DNA of 64,000 bases, from NCBI GenBank assembly GCA_963801745.1, contig CAWDFY010000002.1:294931-358930 (forward strand), given 5' to 3'. A program made the translations under genes and the position numbers. Below the pieces are notes generated by a model. It was not told the DNA's origin. It ran no database searches and worked only from the letters and a program-made list of their open reading frames with translations. This DNA comes from an uncultured Chloroflexia bacterium (lineage in GTDB: Bacteria > Chloroflexota > Limnocylindria > Limnocylindrales > CSP1-4). This document shows positions 34,113 through 45,264 of the stretch, in pieces; positions within the stretch are counted from its first letter, which is position 1, and every line of letters starts with the position of its first letter.

Positions 34113-34276
34113 CGAGTCGCGCCGGTGTCGGTGCGGTTAGGACCCGTGCCGGCTATGCGTGACCGGGACCATCGGGTGCTGCGCGAGGCTTGCCAGGGGG
34201 CGAAGATGTAGGCGAGTCCAGCGCGGGTCTAGGCGAGCGGTCGGCTCATCCGAGACCCCACGACCCCGGAGAGTCG

Positions 34277-36771
34277 ATGCGTCGCCCACGCCGCCTTCGC
34301 CCTCGCCGCCCTGCTCACGCTTCCCCTCGTCGCGGCCCGTCGCCGCAGCCGATCCGAGCCGGCCTTCGGCCGAGCCGGTCGTTCCGATCGGCCGAGCCGT
34401 CGGCACCGCCCGAGGCCGACGCCCGAGCCGACTCCGGACGCCGACGCCGGCCCCGATCCGACCCGAGCCGCACGGTCGAGCCCACCCCGACCGCCGAACC
34501 GCCGACACCGTCCGCCGAGCCGCGCCGACCCCGCCGACCGGCGCCCGCCCGCGACGAAGCCCGCGCCGAACACCGACCCCGAGCCCACCGTCGACGCCGA
34601 ACGGCCGCCCGATCGCCACGGGTCGCTACATCGTGGTCCTCGACAGCACCGCCGACCCGACGAGGGTCGTGACCCGCCACCGTCAGCGTGACGGCCTGAA
34701 GGCGGACCGCTCCTTCAAGAACGCGTTCCGTGGCTTCACGGCCAAGCTCGACAAGGCGCAGCGCGCCGCACTCCTCGCCGATCCGAGCGTCGCCGCCGTG
34801 GTCCCCGACGAGGTCATCGAGATCGCGGCCCAGACCACGCCGACCGGCGTCTCACGGGTCGGCGCCCTCAGCTCGTCGCTCGCCAACATCAACGGCGTCG
34901 ACGAGCGGGTCGATGCCGACGTCGCCATCGTCGACACCGGGATCTGGGCGCACCACGACCTGGTCATCGCCGGCGGCTACAACTGCTCGAGCTCCAACCG
35001 CGCCGCGTGGGGCGACGGGAACGGTCACGGCACGCATGTGGCGGGCACGGTCGGCGCCCGCGACAACACGGTCGGCGTGGTCGGCGTGGCGCCCGGCGTC
35101 CGCCTCTGGGCGGTGCGCATCCTCAACTCGAGCGGCAGCGGGCTGCTGTCGTGGTACGTCTGCGGCCTCGACTGGATCCTCTCCCAGCGCGACCCGAGCG
35201 ACTCGTCTCGCCCGCTCATCGAGGCGGTGAACATGAGCGTCGCGAAGACCGGCCGGGACGCGACCGACTGCGGCGTCCGGAGCCGCGACATCCTCCACCA
35301 GGCGATCTGCCGCCTGTACAACGCCGGCATCACGGTCGTGGCGGCCGCCGCCAACGCGCGGACCAGCGCTGCGGCGTACGTGCCGGCCGCGTACAACCAG
35401 GTCATCACGGTCTCGGCGCTCGCCGACACCGACGGCCGCTCCGGCGGCGCCGGTGGCCGACGCTGCTACTCGTGGGGCAGCTACGACCGCGACGACACGT
35501 TCGCCGACTTCAGCAACTTCGGCTCCGACATCGACATCATCGCGCCGGGCAAATGCATCTGGTCGACGAAGCCCGGGCCGTCGTACGGCTACTCGTCGGG
35601 GACGTCGATGGCCGCGCCGGCCGTGACCGGCGCCGTCGCGCTGTACAAGGCCAGCCGGCCGCTGGCGACGCCGGCCGAGGTCCGCGAGGCCCTGCGCTAC
35701 CTCGGCAACTTCGGGTGGTCGACCTCGACCGATCCCGATGGCTATCACGAGCCGTTGCTGGGCGTGTCGCGCATCAGGTCGCTCGGCTCGTTCTCGCTGG
35801 CATCGTCCTCGGCGGTCACGATCTCGAGCAACGGCGGCACCGGCACCGTGCCCGTGACGGTCACGCGCAGCTCGACCTTCTTCGAGCGGATCCGCTTCCG
35901 GATCGACAGCCTGCCGTCGGGCTGGTCGGCGTCGATGCTCACGCCGAGCCTGTACGGCTGGACGTCCACCGCGGCCTCGGTCAGCGTCAGGGTCCCGGAG
36001 AGCGCCAGACCGGGCACGTACCACCTGCAGGTCTCGGGCACGAACTGGGGCCGGACGCGCTCCGCGACGCTCACGGTCCAGGTGGCGGCGGACCTGCCGA
36101 CCGCCGCGGCCCCGACCGTGTCGGTGCTGAGCGGCAGCAGCCTCGGGCTGACGTCGACCGGCCGGAACACCGTGACGCTCAAGGCGACCTGGGGAGCGGC
36201 CAGGGATCCGTCCGACGCGATCGTCCGCTACGAGGTCGAGCGCAGCTCCAACGGCGGCGCCTACGGCTCGACGCGCGCGACGTCGGGCTCGACCCGCTCG
36301 GCCACGTACTCGGGGCTGTCGTTCGGGACGACGTACCGGTTCCGCGTCCGGGCACAGGACGCCGACGGCACGTGGAGCCCGTGGGCGACCGCCGGCACGA
36401 CCGTGACGCCGATGGCCGTGAGCGATGGGTCGAGCCTCGTCTCGTATCGCGGCCGCTGGGTGCGCTTCAACAGCACGCTCGCGACGAACGCCTGGCACAT
36501 GACCTCGAGCCTCTCGGGTTCCAGCGCCAGGTTGCGGTTCACCGGTCGAGGCATCGCGTTCATCGCGCCGACCAACGTGAGTCGCGGCCGTGCCTACATC
36601 TACCTCGACGGCACGCGCCGGGCGACGATCGACCTGCGCACGCCCACCTCGCAGTACCGACGCGCGATGTACGTGGCCAACTGGAGCACGTCGAAGTCGC
36701 ACACGATCGAGGTCCGGGTCGTCAGCTCCGGCCGCAGCGTGTCGGTCGACGGCTTCGTCGTCCTGCAGTAG
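34277..36771 (+). CDS. Secreted S8 protease with I9 propeptide, Pro-rich linker, FN3-like and C-terminal beta modules (N-terminal frameshifts)
   Basis: IVDTGI, GHGTHVAGT, SGTSMAAPAVTG; GGAGAG SD before ATG 34277. Confidence 0.85.
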
Positions 36772-36899
36772 CGGCCGTCAGGCTCCCGCATCCCCAAGCC
36801 CTCACCCGTTAACGGGGCTGCTTGCCCGCGTGCGCTATCGTGGCCCTTCGATGCACCGGGCCGGAGACCCGGGCGCGCACGTTACGAGGTCGAACCGCC

Positions 36900-37840
36900 G
36901 TGGCACGAGCGATGTGGAAGGGTGCCATCCAGTTCGGACTGGTCACCATCCCGATCAAGCTCTATCTCGCGACCGAGTCCAAGGGCATCAGCTTCAACAT
37001 GCTCCACAAGGACGACCTGTCGCGGATCCAGATGAAGATCTTCTGTCCGGTCGAGGACGAGGTCATCTCCCGCGGCGAGACGGTCAAGGGCTACGAGTAT
37101 TCGCCCGGCGAGTACGTCGTCGTGACCGACGAGGACCTCGAGAACGTGCCGCTCAAGACGGTCCGCAGCATCGAGATCGAGCAGTTCACCAAGGCTGAGC
37201 GCGACGACAACGCGGTGCGGTTCGTGAAGTCGGCCTACTACGTCGAGCCCGACAAGATCGGCCGCAAGGCGTTCTACCTGCTCAAGTCGGTGCTCGAGGA
37301 CGAGGGGCTCACGGCGATCTGCAAGGTCGTGATCAAGGACCGTGAGGCGCTCGCCGCGCTCGATCCGTTCGGCGACACGCTGCTCATGTCGACGCTGCAC
37401 TGGCCCGATGAGATCCGCTCGACCGACGAGCTGGACCTGCCAGCAGAAGAGTTCGACTTCAAGCCCGCCGAGCTCCAGATGGCGAAGCAGCTCGTGTCGG
37501 CGATGACCGGCGAGTTCGACCCGGGGCAGTACAAGGACGAGTACCGCGAGGCGCTCGAGAAGATCATCGAGGCCAAGGTCGAGGGCAAGGAGACCGTCGA
37601 GATCGAGGAGCCCGAGGAGCCTGGCAAGCTGATCGACCTGATGGCCGCGCTCGAGGCGTCGGTCTCGGCGGCCAAGGCGTCGCGCGAGGCCGGTGCCGAG
37701 AAGCCCGTGTCGGTGGCCGAGGCGCGCGGGAGGCCCGCGAGACGAAGGCGGCCAAGAAGCCGGCCGCGTCGAAGTCACGTGCCAAGACGGCCGACGAGGC
37801 CAAGGCCAAGCCGGCAGCCCGCAAGCGCAAGACGGCGTAG
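36900..37840 (+). CDS. ku: NHEJ Ku protein (frameshift in basic tail near 37730)
   Basis: MWKGAIQFGLVTIPIKLY, VKGYEYSPG, DEYREAL, IDLMAALEASV, Lys/Ala tail. Confidence 0.95.
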
Positions 37841-37967
37841 GGGCGGCGCCCGGCGCCGGCGCCATCTCGCCCGCGTCTCTGCCATTTGCTCATCCCGCTG
37901 AACACGTGGCCGGCGGTCTTCGCCACCTGATCAGCTCGCTGAACGATCGGCAAGATCAGTAGGCCGC

Positions 37968-38707
37968 TCAGCCTTCGCCCGAGCGTGGACCGTGCGACGT
38001 GGTCGCGGCCACCGCCTCGATGCCTCGCCGCTTGTCGGCATGCTGAGCATCTGACACGAACAGCAGCCCTGAGATCGACCCCGTCGGTGCCTGGAGCCAG
38101 CGCTTGACCGCGACGTTCCGCGCCGGGAACGTCGTCTCGAACGTCGTCGAGTGCTCGGCCACCCGTCGCCGAGCGGTGCGGTCCTCGGGCAGCACCAGGA
38201 GCCGCGAGACCGAGGTCGCCTGCCAGCCCAGCTGCTCGCGGGCGATCTGCAGCGCCAGCCGGACCTTGCGGTCGAGGGTCATGAGCATGCCGCCGACGTC
38301 CGGCACCACGGACTTGACCTCGATGACGAGCAGCGCTCCAGTCGCCGGGTGCAGGGCGATGATGTCGATCGAGCCGCGCTCGCCGTAGATGCTGAACGAC
38401 ACCTCGGTCGCGACCAGCCATCCCTCCGGCGAAGCCTGGCGACGAGCGACTCCACGAGCGCCGCGTGGCGCCGGTCCCGGAGCCGGTCGAGGCCCTCGCC
38501 GTGGTACAGGATCCGGACCGACAGTCGCGCGCCGAGTGCTGCGGCGACCGCCGCGAGCCGCCAGACGGGCAGCCGGTCGCCACGCCCGGTCTCGATGGCG
38601 ACGATCACCCAGCGCGGCACCTTCGCTTCCGCGGCGAGGCGTGACTGCGTCCAGCCCTTGCGCCGTCGGAGCAGCCGGACGTCGCGGCCGAAGAGCACCG
38701 GATCCAT
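37968..38707 (-). CDS. XRE-HTH fused to PD-(D/E)xK nuclease-like domain (frameshift near 38430)
   Basis: [19 protein letters not shown]; [18 protein letters not shown]...VIEVKS. Confidence 0.75.
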
Positions 38708-38776
38708 CGTTCGCGAGTGTGGCCGGCGACGCTCACCCGCGGCTCAACGGACCGTCGGACTGGCACACTGACGGCG

Positions 38777-41496
38777 ATGCCCCTCGAGGAATACCGTCGC
38801 AAGCGCGACTTCGGCAAGACCCCGGAACCGGCGCCGGACACGACCACCGCCGCGAGCGGTCGGAGCGGGCGGTTCGTCGTCCAGCGCCACCGCGCGACGC
38901 GGCTCCACTACGACTTCCGCCTCGAGATCGACGGCGTCCTCGTCTCGTGGGCCGTCCCGAAGGGCCCGACCCTCGATTCGAAGATCCGGCGGATGGCCGT
39001 CCACGTCGAGGACCACCCGATCGAGTACTTCGACTTCGAAGGCGATCATCCCGGCCAAGCAGTACGGGGCCGGCGACGTCATCGTCTGGGACTGGGGCAC
39101 CTGGGACCCGGAGGCGCCGACCCTCGACGGTCGCAAGGCCGTCAAGGACGGCGAGCTCAAGTTCCGGCTCAACGGCGAGAAGCTCAAGGGCCGCTTCACG
39201 ATCGTGCGCACGAGCGGTCGCGGTGGGAGCCGCCCGTTCGAGGGCGACGACGGCGACCAGTGGCTGCTCATCCACAAGAAGGGCGACACGTCGGTCGAGG
39301 GCTGGGACGCCGAGGACTTCCCGAAGAGCGTCAAGACCGGGCGCACCAACGACGAGGTCAAGGAGAACCGCGACGCGATCTGGATCAGCCAGGCGCCCGC
39401 GGCGACCGCCGAGATCGACCTCGCCGGCGCCACGCCGGCGCCCGCTGCCCGACCAAGATCGAGCCGATGCTCGCCACCCTCGCGACCAAGCCGTTCGACG
39501 ACGACGACTGGCTGTTCGAGATCAAGTGGGACGGGTTCCGCGTCCAGACGCGTGGTCGACCACGGCAAGGTCCGGATCCTGACCCGCAACCTCCACGACG
39601 CGACGACCTACTTCCCGCGGCTCCTTGGCGTCGCCGGGGCGCTGGCTCGAGGCCGACCAGGCCGTCATCGATGGCGAGGTCGTGGCGCATCGACGAGGAC
39701 GGCCGGCCCGACTTCAGCCTCCTCCAGACCAAGCTCGGCGACAAGGAGGCGAACGGGCTGCTGTACCAGGCGTTCGACCTGCTCTACCTCGACGGTCGAT
39801 CGCTGCTCGACGTGCCCCTCGAGGACCGCAAGCGCCTGCTCCGAAGCGTGCTCAAGGACCACCCGCGGGTGCGCTTCGCGTCGCACGTGGTCGGGGAGGG
39901 GAAGGCGTTCTTCGACGCGGCCGGCACGCTCGGCGTCGAGGGGATGGTGGCGAAGCTCCGTCGCTCGCGGTACGAGCCGGGCCGCCGCAGCGATGCGTGG
40001 CTCAAGATCAAGATCCGGCCGGAGCAGGAGCTGGTGGTCGGTGGCTGGACCCCGGGGAGCGGCAACGCCCGGGACCTCGGTGCGATGGCCGTCGGCGTGT
40101 ACGAGGACGGCAAGCTGCGGTTCGCCGGCAAGGTCGGCAGCGGCTTCACCGGCGCGATCCGGGCCGACCTCCTCAAGCGCCTCAAGCCGCTGGTCCAGGA
40201 CGACGCGCCGTTCGACCCGCCGCCGCCGAAGGACTACCGTGGTCGATGGGGCGGCGACCTCAAGGACATCACGTGGGTCCGTCCCGAGATCGTGATCCGC
40301 GCCGAGATCGGTGGCTGGACGCGCGACGGCCAGGTCCGCCAGACGGCCTACAAGGGCATCGATGCGGCGCGCGACCCGACGACCGTGACGCGCGAGACCG
40401 CGGTCGCGACGGCCACCGCGGTCCGTGCCGCCGAAGCCGCCGAACCGCCAGCCACCCGAGGAGGCGCCGATGCCCTCGAAGACGTCGAAAACGTCAAAGT
40501 CCGCGAAGTCGTCGAGCGCGACCAAGCCATCGAGCTCGACGTTCCCGGGCGCGACCGCGGAGGAGCTCGAAGCGCTCGACGCGCTCGGCAAGGAGGGCGT
40601 GTGGCGCGTCGGCGGGCGCGACCTGAAGCTCACCAACCTCGACAAGCCGCTGTTCGAGGCCGACCCGCCGGTCACCAAGCGCGAGCTCATCCGCTACTTC
40701 GCGACGATCGCCCCGACGATGCTGCCGCACGTCATCGACCGGCCGCTCAACCTGCAGCGCTTCCCGAATGGGGCGGGCGCGCCCGGGTTCTGGCAGAAGG
40801 ACATCCCCGAGACCGCGCCGACATGGCTCAAGCGCTGGCACGAGACCGGGGTCGACGGGCGCACCGACCGGGACGCGAACGACCACCTGCTCGCGGTCGA
40901 TGCCGCGTCGCTCGCGTGGCTCGGCAACCAGGCGAGCTTCGAGGTCCATGCCTGGACCGGCAAGCTGCCCGAGCCGTGGCAGCCGACGTTCGCGCTACAT
41001 CGACATCGACCCGGGCGAGAAGACGACCTGGGACGAGACGCTGACGCTGGCGCGGCTCTACCGGACCGCGCTCGAGCACCTCGGCGTGCGCGGCTACCCG
41101 AAGACGACCGGCAAGCGCGGCATCCAGATCTGGATCCCGATCGTCCATGGCAAGTACGACTTCAGCCAGACCAGCGAATGGGTCGAGCGGGTGTCGAGGG
41201 CGGTCGGGTCGACCGTGCCGAACCTGATCTCGTGGGAGTGGGCGAAGGCCGCGCGGAAGGGCCGAGCGCGACTCGACTACACGCAGAACGCGTCGATCAA
41301 GACGCTCGTGGCGCCGTATTCCGTGCGACCGGCGCCGGGCGCGCCGGTGTCGACGCCGATCTCGTGGGACGAGCTGGACGACGCGGATCTGCGACCGGAC
41401 CGCTGGACGATCCGCAATCTGCCGGAGCGGGTGGCGGCGGTGGGTGACCTGTTCGCGGCCGCGCAGACCGACGCCCAGGAACTGCCGCCGGTGTGA
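38777..41496 (+). CDS. ligD: NHEJ LigD, order phosphoesterase - ATP ligase - polymerase (several frameshifts; polymerase may be a separate gene from ATG 40470)
   Basis: [16 protein letters not shown]; EIKWDG, EGMVAK, WLKIK; KLTNLDK, RFPNG, KTTGKRG, DYTQN. Confidence 0.9.
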
Positions 41497-41513
41497 GCAC
41501 AAGGGAGGATCGG

Positions 41514-41898
41514 ATGACGACATGGACGGCGGATGAGCTGGATCGCATCGGTGATGCCGAGGAGATCGAGATCGCGTCGCAGCGGCCGCGACGGGAGCCT
41601 GCGCCGTACGTGATCGATCTGGATCGTGCGGTCCGGCGACGACCTCTACGTCCGGTCCGCCCACGGGCGCGGCAACCCCTGGTTCAAGCACGGCGCTGGC
41701 GTCCGGTGTCGGCCGGATCCGTGTCGGCGGCGCGGAACGGGACGTCGCGTTGGAGGAGCCAGACATCGACCGTTGCCGGGGATCTGCATGCCGGTCGTAC
41801 CACGCGAAGTACGACCGGTTCGGCGCCGCAACCGTCGGACCCGGTCGTCTCGGCGCGAGCTCGGAACGTCGCCACCTTGCGGCGTCACGCCGCGATAG
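41514..41898 (+). CDS. DUF2255-family protein (several frameshifts)
   Basis: MTTWTADELDRIGDAEEIEI, DDLYVRSAHG, YHAKYDRFG. Confidence 0.7.
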
Positions 41899-41903
41899 TC
41901 CGA

Positions 41904-42870
41904 TCAGGCGAGCGGCCACCTCGTCGACCCACTTGACCCAGTCGAGGCCACGGCGGCCCGGGACGACGAGCCGGCACGGAGCGCCGTTCGCGACCGGGAG
42001 CGGGCCGCCGGCGACACCGGTCGCGAGCAGCGCCGTCCTGGCCTCGTCCGCGGTCAGCACCGTCGACCAGCCGGTCACCGACGAGACGCGGACGCTGCCG
42101 CGCTCGGGGACGTCGATCACCGCGCCGAGTGGCACGCCGCGCCACGTCGTCTCGAGCGCCCAGCCCGAGGTGCAGTCGAGGACGGCCGTCGCGTCGACCT
42201 CGCCGAGCGCGCGCAGCGCGGGCAGGTCGAGCTGGCGGGCGCCGACCGTCAACCGCCACGCCTCGGGGTCGATCGCCGGAGGCCCTTCGCCGTAGAACGT
42301 CGTCGCGGGCGGGATGCCGCCCGACGGCAGCCAGCGCGACCCGGTGAACCGCCGGACGCCGCCGCGCAGCTGGTCGACCAGCGCCGGCCACGCCGAACGC
42401 CGCGACGCCCGGCCAGCGCCAGCCCGCCGCCGGCGAGCAGCGTGCGCCGTCGAGATGCCGCCGCGCGGCGCCACGGTCGCCACCCGCCATCGACGCGGCA
42501 GCAGGTGCAGCACGACCACCGGCACGAGCACCAGCCCGAGCCAGGCGTGGAGCGTCATCACCGTCACCGACCCGACCGCCAGCAGCTCGCCCGACGCCAC
42601 CCACAGGAACCCGCCGGTCAACGCGCCGATCGTCAGGATCGCGACCAGCGTCGCCAGCGTGAGCCGCGGCCATCGACGCGCATCGACCGCCCGCGGCACC
42701 GATCGTCGCAGCTTCCAGACCGTGGCCGCGAGCAGCGCACCGCCCAGCACCCCGTGGAGCGTGAACAGCCAGGCCGCATCGGGCCCGCCGGCCTTGAGTG
42801 CCAGCAGCCCGGTCGCGGCCATCGCCACGACCAGCAGGGCGAGCACCCGGTCGAGCGTCGCGTGGCTCAT
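41904..42870 (-). CDS. Membrane-bound molybdopterin-dependent oxidoreductase (MsrP / sulfite-oxidase-like)
   Basis: Four TM helices then LDCTSGW, NGAPCRLVVPGRRGLDWVKW. Confidence 0.78.
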
Positions 42871-42931
42871 GACGCGGCCAGTGTGCGCCCGCATCTGCGA
42901 CGGGTCGATGACTCGTGGGACGATGCGCGGC

Positions 42932-44167
42932 ATGCCGAGCGACATCACCCTGCGCAGCCCACGCCCCGACGAGATCCGCGAGTTCTGGCAGCCGCTGGCC
43001 GATGCGTTCGGTGAGTCGATCACCGACGACGAGATGGAGCGCGAGCGACCGCTGCTCGACCTCGAGCGGTTCGTCGGCGCGCTCGACGGCGAGCGATGGG
43101 TCGGCACCGGCGGCGCCGTCGCGTTCCGGCTGACCGTGCCGGGCGGCGAGGTCGGCGCCAGTGGCATCACCGGGATCGGCGTCCGGCCCGACTACCGTCG
43201 ACGCGGCGTGCTCCGCCAGATGATGGACTGGGTGTTCGACGACGCGCGGGAGCGCGGTGAGCCGGTCGCGATCCTGCTCGCGACCGAGGCGGCGATCTAC
43301 CGGCGGTTCGGCTTCGGCCTGGCGACGACCCAGTCGTCGTTCAGCATCGCCACCGCGCTGGCCGAGTTCCGCGATCCGGTCGATCTCGGCGATGGCGCCC
43401 GGATCCGGATGGTCGACGTCGACGAGGCGGTCGATACGTTCGCGCGCATCTACGACCAGGTGCGGCCCGGTCTGCCGGGCGCGGTCGACCGGACCGAGCC
43501 GAAGTGGCGCGGCTTCATCGTCGGCGACGCCGAGTGGATGTATCACGGGATGGGGCCCAAGTTCCTGGCGCTCATCGAGGTCGACGGCGAGCCGCGCGGC
43601 TATGCGATCTACCGCATGGAGCAGGGTTGGGGCCCGACCGGACCGGCGTCGACGATCCACGTCCTGGAGGTGACCGGCCTCGACCCGTCCGCCGAGCAGG
43701 CGCTCTGGCAGTGGCTGTTCGAGCTGGACCTCGTGCGGACCGTGTCCGGCCCGCGAGGACCGGTGCCGCATCCGCTCCAGCAATGGATCGTCGAGCCGCG
43801 CCGGCTGGTGCTGTCGATCGGCGATGGGCTGTTCCTGCGGCTGCTCGACCTGCCGGCGGCGCTGTCGGCGCGCGGCTACGTCGGGTCGGGCTCGCTGGTG
43901 CTCGAGGTGGCCGACGACCTGTTCGACGCGAACGCCGGCCGATGGCAGCTGTCGGTCGAGGATGGCCGAGGCTCGGTGGCGCGGACGTCAGCGGCGCCCG
44001 ACATCGAGCTGGACGTCGGCACGCTGGCGCAGGCCTACCTGGGCGGCTTCCGGTTCGTGGACCTGGCGGTGGCGGGGCGGGTTCGGGAGTGCGTGCCGGG
44101 CGCGCTGGCCCGTGCCGACGCGCTGTTCACCCCGCCGCGAGCGCCGTACAACTCGACGCCGTTCTGA
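42932..44167 (+). CDS. Eis-family GNAT acetyltransferase with SCP2-like C-terminus
   Basis: VRPDYRRRGVL, ATEAAIYRRFGFG, LRLLDLPAALSARGY, LAQAYLGG. Confidence 0.88.
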   Translation: MPSDITLRSPRPDEIREFWQPLADAFGESITDDEMERERPLLDLERFVGALDGERWVGTGGAVAFRLTVPGGEVGASGITGIGVRPDYRRRGVLRQMMDWVFDDARERGEPVAILLATEAAIYRRFGFGLATTQSSFSIATALAEFRDPVDLGDGARIRMVDVDEAVDTFARIYDQVRPGLPGAVDRTEPKWRGFIVGDAEWMYHGMGPKFLALIEVDGEPRGYAIYRMEQGWGPTGPASTIHVLEVTGLDPSAEQALWQWLFELDLVRTVSGPRGPVPHPLQQWIVEPRRLVLSIGDGLFLRLLDLPAALSARGYVGSGSLVLEVADDLFDANAGRWQLSVEDGRGSVARTSAAPDIELDVGTLAQAYLGGFRFVDLAVAGRVRECVPGALARADALFTPPRAPYNSTPF

Positions 44168-44213
44168 GTTCAGGGGATCGACGATCTCGATCGATCTGAT
44201 CATGCTCCCGAGC

Positions 44214-44465
44214 ATGAGCGCGGCCGAGTTCACGACGCTCGACTTGATCCTCAAGCGTCACGAAGAGGAGCTGATCGAGGAAGCGCTGGCCGACTTGCCA
44301 GAGTTCGTCCTCGAACGCCAGCCACGCGTGATGTTCGAGAACACCGGCATGGCGCTAGGTCGGTGGCTGATGTTCGGTCGACCACCGCAGGTCGAGTGGC
44401 TCGAACTCAGCTCGATCTCGTACTACGTGCTAACGGAGCGGTTCGTGGTCGGAGACACCACCTAG
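44214..44465 (+). CDS. Small hypothetical protein at the edge of the lower-GC island
   Basis: 83 aa open frame with plausible composition; no recognised family. Confidence 0.45.
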   Translation: MSAAEFTTLDLILKRHEEELIEEALADLPEFVLERQPRVMFENTGMALGRWLMFGRPPQVEWLELSSISYYVLTERFVVGDTT

Positions 44466-44505
44466 CGGGCCGCCTCTGGCATACCCTGGCCGTCGGAGGG
44501 CGGCC

Positions 44506-45264
44506 ATGGACCTCGATTCGCTCCTCATTGCAGCGGCGGAAGCACCCCCGGACACTCGCATCAACTTCCGGGACCGGATCGCGGCCCACGGAGAGGTGGC
44601 CGTTGCCCGCCTCACGGAGCCGCCGTGGATCGGTGATCCGCAGTACGCAGCCTTCGCGATTCGAACGATCGCGAAGGCAAGCGAATTCGGAGCCCGCGAT
44701 GCTGCCATCAAGGCTCTAACCCATGCTTTGTCGCTCGTATCCGACGACTGGCACCGCCGCGATATCGACTCAGCTCTGAGCATGCTTGGTGCGAAGTCGC
44801 GACCGCAGTCCAAGAAGAATCACAAGGAAACGATCGCCAGAACCTCCGCTCCGATAGCTCCGGAGGACTTGACCGTCGGGCACTGCTATAGGCGATCGGA
44901 ACTACATGACGGTGGACTCGGCGGGAACCGACAAAAGGGCATCAGCTATCCGGCTCTCGGGACCCACTGCCTGCTGTTCAGCGATCCCAACAAAGTGAAT
45001 GAGTACGGCTACCGCGACCAGCCAATCGGCGAGGACCGCTATCGATACTTCGGTGAATGGGATGGTCCTGGCGATATGACGATGTCTGGTGGTAACAAGG
45101 TAATCGTGGATCGAAGTCCGGAGCTCTACCTATTCACTTCGGCTTCGTGTGGCCGCGTCTATCGAGGACGCTACAGGTTCGACTTTTCGGCGAATGAGCG
45201 AGCGACCCGCGACGGCCAGGAATTCAATGCCATCGTGTTCACGCTCGAGCGGGTCAGCGAATGA
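44506..45264 (+). CDS. Helical N-terminal domain plus SRA-like (McrA-type) modified-DNA recognition domain, no nuclease domain
   Basis: YRRSELH..GG.RQKGISYP, LLFSD, YGY.D, YFGE, GDM...GGNK, LYLF, IVFTL match the SRA module seen in SRA-HNH enzymes; GGAGG SD. Confidence 0.75.
   Translation: MDLDSLLIAAAEAPPDTRINFRDRIAAHGEVAVARLTEPPWIGDPQYAAFAIRTIAKASEFGARDAAIKALTHALSLVSDDWHRRDIDSALSMLGAKSRPQSKKNHKETIARTSAPIAPEDLTVGHCYRRSELHDGGLGGNRQKGISYPALGTHCLLFSDPNKVNEYGYRDQPIGEDRYRYFGEWDGPGDMTMSGGNKVIVDRSPELYLFTSASCGRVYRGRYRFDFSANERATRDGQEFNAIVFTLERVSE

Noticed and set aside
34380-34610. Repetitive CCG/ACC-rich stretch as a CRISPR or tandem array
   Set aside because: Encodes the Pro/Thr-rich linker of the S8 protease; no constant repeat-spacer period. 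No CRISPR array was seen anywhere in the window.
40455-40472. Separate polymerase gene starting at GGAGG...ATG 40470
   Set aside because: Not adopted as the main call: the ligase frame has no stop nearby and one indel would fuse the domains into a standard PE-LIG-POL LigD; remains unresolved
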